From Prorocentrum cordatum (lineage: Eukaryota), in contig CAUYUJ010000225.1 of the NCBI GenBank assembly GCA_963575745.1, forward strand, positions 372,001-436,000: a stretch of DNA of 64,000 nt. The letters run 5' to 3'. The notes below the pieces were generated by a model. It worked only from the letters and a program-made list of their open reading frames with translations, was not told where the DNA came from and made no database searches. Position 1 is the first letter of the stretch. Each line of letters starts with the position of its first letter. The position numbers and the translations under genes were made by a program. Below are positions 57,366 to 64,000 of the stretch, in pieces.

Positions 57366-59335
57366 AAGCTCGTGCAAACATCCCACTCTCCCACCCGCAT
57401 TTCGGTCGGCAAAATTCATAAGGTCGCGACTGCAATTACAGCGTGGAGCTCGTCCGCAAATTTCACCGAACTCATTGGCACGCGGACCCTCGTGGCGCGG
57501 GCAAAATCCATTTTGCGGGAGACAGCGCGGACGACAGCGTCGACAAACGACGGTGCGGTGGTTGACGAAACTCATAAGGTCGCCAGTACAATTGCAGCGT
57601 GGAGCTCCTCCGATAATTTCATCGTGTGCATTGGCGCGCGGACGCTCGTCGCGCGGGCACAGTCCATCTTGCGGGAGACAGCGCGGACGACGGCGTCGAC
57701 AAACGACGATGAGAATGATCACGACGCCGCCGACGGCAATGATGACGATGACGGTGCCCCGCATGGTATTCTTTGACAGGGATCATGCCTCTGGCATGCG
57801 CGCGAGGGCATTGGAACACATTCGACATGCGCGCGCGAAGGCCTCCTTGGACAGGAAAGGAGACATGAACATGGGGTATTCTAGGGACCGGCAAGAGCGC
57901 GAGGGATGAAATGTTGAAAACTTCGTTGGGAAGCCATTAAGTTTTTATGCGTTTACGCTGAGTTCACAACGAAAACAAAAAAAGGTGTTGGAAGGATTTC
58001 GTCTTGTGCGCGCGCATGTGGCCCGCATGGTATTGTGTCATAGGGATTCGTGCATTCAGCCCCGCATGTTATTATTTGAAAGGGATGCAGGGGACCCGAT
58101 ACTAGGACTACCTGGGGTGGTGGAGCTCATATGGGAAATGAGCAAGGAGGCGGAGTCATTTGTAAACTGCGATATCCCATGGGGGAATGGTAATCCCAGG
58201 GGGGGAGAAACGAATTTCTTTTAAGAGCGGATAATCTATGTGGCGCATTCTACGTGGTGCAAGTCACCAATGCTCGAAATCAGTTGTCAATTCCACAGCT
58301 CGCGCATTCATCCCACCCACCCACCCGCATCTTGGTTTGCACAACCCATTCGACGGCGATTGCGATGAGTGCTTGGCGTTGGCTGGTGCACCTGTGCGCC
58401 GCGCTAGCCCGCGCATGCTCGCGCGCGCAGCGGCCAGCTAGTGCGGCGCGACCGACGCGGACGCGGTGGCGCTGACCGCTGGACACTTTCCAGCGGCCAC
58501 TTCAGTGCGAGTCGGTGACTTGGGCGGGCGCGGTATCATGGCGACGCCGACAACGGTAGACACGATGATGAAAATACCGATGATGGTGACGATGGTGGCG
58601 CTGACGACGGCAAGGCCAATGACGGCGCCGATGTTGATCACGCCCGCCGATACCGATGACGATGTCCTCGCGTCGCTAATGAAGGTTTTGGAAGGAGTTC
58701 GACATGCGCGCGCGGCCGACGCGCGCGAGTGGCCCGCGTGGTACATTTGTCCATGTCATTCTGATTAATGTAGATTCTGCGGACACCCCAAGGCTGCCCA
58801 TGATGGTGAGCCCGGCGCCTCATGCAGAATACAAGAAGCAATGGCTGGAAGGAAAAGCGACAAAAAACGAGGGGCAGGGCGATGGAGAGGAGGCCCGCGT
58901 GGTACATGTGACACGGATCGTGCTCCCCCAGCACGCGCGCAAGGGCGTTTGGATGAGTTCCACATGCGGCGCGAGAGGCCCGTTTGGCAAACTTTGATGG
59001 CAATGTTGAAGACCGACGCTTTGATTTAGAATTCGCCAGATCGCGCGCAGGTTTTTTTCGAAAACGGATGGTGCAACACCATGTGCTTTTACAAAGTTTC
59101 GGAACACCTATTGTTGACATCCGGACGAAACCTAAGGATTTGAAAGATTTCGGCATGCGCGCGCGACGACGCGCGCGTGCAATTCGCCCCATAGTTTGCA
59201 AAGGACTACTGCGACATAGCGCGCGCAAGGGCGCTCGAACGATTTCGGCACGCGCGCGCGAGAGGCCCGTCTGGTAACCTGTCATGAACATATTGATAAC
59301 CAATGGTTTTCTTAAGAATATGCAAGAATGCGAAC
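57366..59335 (+). mobile_element. Two older, diverged copies of the (GAC)n-core family (about 57366-58235 and 58296-59335)
   Basis: Diverged left ends (catcccac..ccacccgca) and gaagga-ttcg-catgcgcgcg motifs. Confidence 0.55.
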
Positions 59336-59339
59336 GCAG

Positions 59340-59681
59340 TTTTTCCCAACCATCCTGTGGTGTTGGGTCCTCGCTTTGAAGAGACAGTGCCCCGCGTCTC
59401 CTTCCTTCCTTCCTCCCGCTGACCCCTCCTCCTCCCCCCTCCTCCCTCCTCCCTCTCATCATCATCATCGTCATCGCCATCATCATCGTCATCGTCATCG
59501 TCATCATCATCAGCAATCCACATCCGCTTCTCCCCCCTATCATCCACCTCCCCAAACCCTCATGGTCGTCATCATCACCTTCGCCGTCATCATCAAATAT
59601 CATCGTCATCATCATCACCGTCATCACCATCATCGTCATAATCCTCACGACCATCATCACCATCATCACCATCACCATCAC

Positions 59682-59769
<88 letters not shown>

Positions 59770-61500
59770 GCTGTCATCATAATCATCGCCATCATCGCTG
59801 TCATCATCCCTCATACGTTTCGTGGCCCCATAGGGAGCTCCACCGAAGGCCCCAGTGCCACCGCCCGCATGCGTCACCTACACCCAATTCGGCACACCCC
59901 TCACACGTTTCGTGGCCCCATAGGGAGTTCCACCGAAGGCCCCAGTGCCACCGCCCGCTGCGTCACCTACGCCCAAATCGGCACACCCCTCACACGTGTC
60001 GTGGCCCCATATGGAGCTCCACCGAAGGCCCCAGTGCCACCGCCCGCATGCGTCACCTACACCCAATTCGGCACACCCCTCACACGTTTCGTGGCCCCAT
60101 AGGGAGCTCCACCGAAGGCCGTTCGACCGCCGCATGCGTCACTACACCATTCGGCGCACCCCTCACACGTTTCGTGACGCTCCAATAGGGAGCTCCACCG
60201 AAGGCCCCATGCCACCGCCCGCATTGCGTCACCTACACCCAATTCGGCACACCCCTCACGAACCTTTCGGGGTGGCCCCATAGGGAGCTCCACCGGATGC
60301 CCCAAGTGCCACCGCCGCAAGCGTCACCTACACTCAATTCCGGCACCCCTCACGCTAAAGGGGGGAGGAGGGGGGTGGGACGTTTCTGGCCCCATAGGAG
60401 CTCCCACCGTGCCACAGTGCACCGCCCGCATGCGTCCCCACCCCCACCTACACCCACTTCGGCACACCCCTCACGCGCTTCGTGGCCCCATAGGCAGCTC
60501 CGCCGAAGGCCCCAGTGCTGCCGCCCGCATGCGTCACGCACACCCAATTCGGCACACCCCTCACACGTTTCGTGTCCCCATAGGGAGCTCCACCGAAGGC
60601 CCCAGTGCTGCCGCCCGCAGGCGTCACGCACACCCAATTCGGCACACCCCTCACACGTTTCGTGGCCCCATAGGGAGCTCCACCGAAGGCCCCAGTGCCA
60701 CCGCCCGCATGCGTCACCTAAACCCAACTCGGCACACCCCTCACACGTGTCGTGGCCCCAATAGGGAGCTCCACCGAAGGCCCCAGTGCCACCGCCCGCA
60801 TGCGTCACCTACACCCAATTCGGCACACCCCTCACACGTTTCGTGGCCCCATAGGGAGCTCCACCGAAGGCCCCAGTGCCACCGTCCACATGCGTCACCC
60901 CCATCCACTTCGGCACACCCCTCACACGTTTCGTGGCCCCATAAGGAGCCCCACCGAAGGCCCCAGTGCCACCGTCCACATGCGTCACCCCCATCCACTT
61001 CGCACACCCCTCACAAGTTTTCGTGCCCCATAGGGAGGCCCCCCCGAAGGCCCTAGGTGCACCGTCCGCCATGCGTCGCCCCAACCCACTTCGGCACACC
61101 CCTCACAACTGAAAAAAAGCAAGACTTCGTGGCTCCCATAGGGAGCTCCCGAAGGCCCCAGTGCCACCGTCCCCTCATGCTCCCCCCCCACTTCGGCACA
61201 CCTGACACTGTTTTCGTGGGCCGTACGGGCTCCACGAAGGGCCCAGTGGGTGTGCCTCATGCGTCCCGCACCGCACCATTTCGGCACAAACACCCCTCAC
61301 CGTTCCGTGGCCCCATAGGGGGCTCCACGAAGTCCGTGGGTGTGCCCGCATGCGTCCTCGCATACACCCCCTTCGGCACAGCGAAGAGACCCCTGACTAA
61401 AGTTTTCGTGGCCCCATAGGGAGCTCCACCGAAGGTCCCATTGGGTGTGCCCGCATGCGTCCCGTACACCCATTTCGGCACACTCCTCACACGTTGCTGG
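59340..61500 (+). mobile_element. HINE-like element D: same head as C, a (CAT)n tract, then a 90-bp array of about 18 copies
   Basis: tttttcccaaccatcctgtggtgttgggtcctcg; cgtggcccca at 59821, 59911, ... Confidence 0.55.
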
Positions 61501-61559
61501 CCTTCGGGGGACCAAAGGGAGGGACATGCAGAGGGTGAGGAGGGAGGGAAAGGGAGGGA

Positions 61560-61799
61560 AAGGGAGGGAGGGGGTTGAGGGCAAGCTAGGTGCGCTCGCG
61601 TCATATCTGACGTCCTACCCCTCCCTCCCATCCCTTACCATGGCGCTGATTTTCTCTATCCGCGAACGCGTGTCGTAGCGGACTTGTGGCTCCGCGGGGG
61701 AGGGGGGGTGGGGTCTGCTGGGGTGCGTGGTAGTGGGTGGTGGTGCGACGTTGTCGTGGTCGTGCGTGCGTGCGTGCGTGGCGTGCGTGGCGTGCGTGC

Positions 61800-61843
<44 letters not shown>

Positions 61844-62340
61844 TGTGTTGTGTGGTGGGTGGTGGTGGTGTGGTGGTGGTGGTGGTGGTGGTGGGTGTGG
61901 TGGTTTTGGTGGTGGTGGTGGATGGTGGTGCTGGTGGTGGTGGTGCGGGTGGTGCTGGGGGGTGGTGGTTGTGGTGGTGGTGGTGGTGGTGGTGGTGGTG
62001 GTGGTGTGGTGGTGCGGCGCCGTGGTGGCGGGCGGATGGGCGCGCGAGAAAGAGGCCCGCGCTGGGGCGAGAACGCCATCCTGAACGACGGAGGCCAAAC
62101 ACCGATCCGAACATGAGGCCCACGCTGCAGCGGGAGCACGATTCGGAACGATTCGGGAGCAGAAATGAGGCCGGCGCCTCAGCGAGAGCAGCATTTTAGA
62201 AAAAAAAACACAAGCGAAAACCCAACTCCGGGGAATCCTGTGTGTAAAAAAACAGTACGCGGGGGGGTGCCGAATATCTTCCGGACGCCATCAGGGGAAG
62301 TGGGGGAGTAGTATTCATATTGTGTAATTGTAGAGGGGGG
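61560..62340 (+). mobile_element. aggtgcgctcgcgtcata family, copy 3, with a (GTGC)n/(GGT)n interior
   Basis: Both ends match 19030-19910. Confidence 0.7.
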
Positions 62341-62685
62341 AAGGAAGAGGACTGAAGAAAAGGGGCTCGGAGGAACGAGGGAGTGACGATGATGATGAGA
62401 ATGATGATGATGATGATGCTGATGATGATGATGATGATGATGATGATGACGATGATGATGATGCTGATGGTGGTTATGATGATGATGACGACGACGATGA
62501 CATTGATGGCGACGATAATGGTGATGATGATGATGGTGGTGATGACGACGACGACGAAAATGACGATGCCGACGATACCGAGAGAAGGAGGAGGAGGAGG
62601 AGGAGGAGAAGGAGGAGGAGGAGGAGGAGGGAGAAGGGGAGAGGAGGGAGGAGAGAGCAGGGAGGACAACGACGGTGCCGCCGGC

Positions 62686-63979
62686 CATGGACGCGTTGTT
62701 CCCTATGGAACCGGGCAAGGCGAAGTCCACGCTGATAGTCGGCGCGAAGTGGTCCCAGGCCGCGAACATCTCCACGGACGCTCACAAGGCCGTCAGTTGC
62801 CACCGGGCGGGAATCATCGGAGTGCAGTTCTTCAGGAACAAGGACATACCCGCGGGGGGCAAGCTGAAAGCGCTGCAGGACACGTGGGAGGCGGTCAGGT
62901 GCTTGATCCTGGAGGAGGTGAGCACGATTTCGCCCAACCTGTACAACATGCTGGCGTTCCGGTCCTACCTGGGACGCAAGGCCGAGTGGGGCGCGGAGGA
63001 GCGGGAGTACGACCAGGTCGGCGGCGCCTTCGGCAGGATGCCCATCGTGATCCACCTGGGGGATTTCCTGCAGCTGGAGCCGACGGGAAGCAAGGTGTCG
63101 CTCATCACCAGCTTCGAGGAACTGGCGGCGGCGGGCATCAACCTCGCCCCAGAGTGCCAGGCAGTGATGAAGCTCTTCTGCAACACGCCGCTGTGCTTCG
63201 AGCTCCAGGCGTCCAACCGCTTCAAGGACAGCAAGCTCCGAGATCGCATGGCGTTCCTGCGCAAACCGGGGAAGCAGGTCCCTCCGGCCATCTGGGCCAC
63301 GTGGAAAGCCATGCAGCTGAAACCCGATGATCGCCGGCTCCAGGAGGAGAGGTTCCAGAACGGCCACATGATCGGGTCATACTGGGACACCGTGGCGCGG
63401 TGGATGAACATGCGTGCTCAACGGGACGCGGACGTTCTGAAGAAGCCCTAAGCCGCCGACAAGTCTGCGCCGACGATGAGCGCCAAGGACGCCGCCAAGA
63501 TGATGAACTGTGCCAACCCGAAGAACACCGGTGGCATGCACGGGCTGCTCCCGGTGCACGTGGGCATGCGGATTCGGCCCCTGGAAGCGCTCGACCTCAA
63601 GAACGGCCTCGTCAAGGATGCCGACGGGCAGATCGTGCACATCGTCGTGGACCCTCGAGATCGAGACGACGTCGAGAGAGCCGCGGGGGAGGGGGAGAAG
63701 AGGATCTACCTGAAGCGCTTGCCGCTGGGGTTCTGGGCGCGCATGGAGAAGTACGCGAGCGCGCTCTTCGTGGGCGACCTGAAGCGCCACGACGACAGCC
63801 TCACGGGGGACCTCGCGGGCCCGCTGGTGTTCATCGAGCCCCGCACGTCGGAGCCGTTCACCTTCCGCGCCTCCAAGGTCACGCGGACGGGCTTCCCGCT
63901 CTCGCACGGCAGGGTCATCACCGCGGCGGCGTGCCAGGGGCGCACCATGCGGGAAGGCGACGGGTCGCGGATCCTCTGA
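62686..63979 (+). pseudogene. pif1: PIF1-family (SF1B) DNA helicase fragment, probably Helitron-type; in-frame stop at 63449-63451
   Basis: Motif II-like LILEEVSTI, motif III FGRMPIVIHLGDFLQLEP, HVGMRIR..LDLKNGLVK, motif V-like ITAAACQGRTM; ORFs 62675 and 63476 share a frame; no Walker A or motif VI seen; intronless. Confidence 0.85.
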
Positions 63980-64000
63980 CCCGGGTCAATCCAGACCCGG

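Noticed and set aside
29690..61500. CRISPR-like appearance of the 83-, 90-, 116- and 152-bp arrays
   Set aside because: Whole units repeat with no unique spacers, no cas genes are present, and the context is eukaryotic.

Overview
Eukaryotic, GC-rich, repeat-dominated genomic DNA. It is most likely from a dinoflagellate: the splice junctions are GA/GC...AG|G, the introns are very long, and (CTA)n, (CAT)n, (GGA)n and (GAC)n microsatellites are abundant. This assignment is an inference. Almost all ORFs in the six-frame track are microsatellite or tandem-repeat artefacts. Real coding content: (1) five short minus-strand exons (about 39467 to 11678) that splice in phase into the post-motif-VI and HA2 region of a DEAH/RHA RNA helicase; (2) a complete-looking choline transporter-like (CTL/SLC44) gene (28447 to 25838) nested on the same strand inside a 14-kb intron of that helicase, whose three interruptions lack plausible canonical splice sites, two of them being fold-back (inverted-repeat) elements; (3) a 5'-truncated non-LTR retrotransposon (zinc knuckle plus RNase H) with a duplicated structured 3' UTR, inserted in a (CAT)n tract; (4) a decayed PIF1-like helicase at the right end. 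The rest is nested non-autonomous elements: Helentron/HINE-like carriers of 90-102 bp satellites, Helitron-like termini, a TNA-target MITE family, and several other families with conserved ends and internal tandem arrays. All coordinates and alignments were read by eye.
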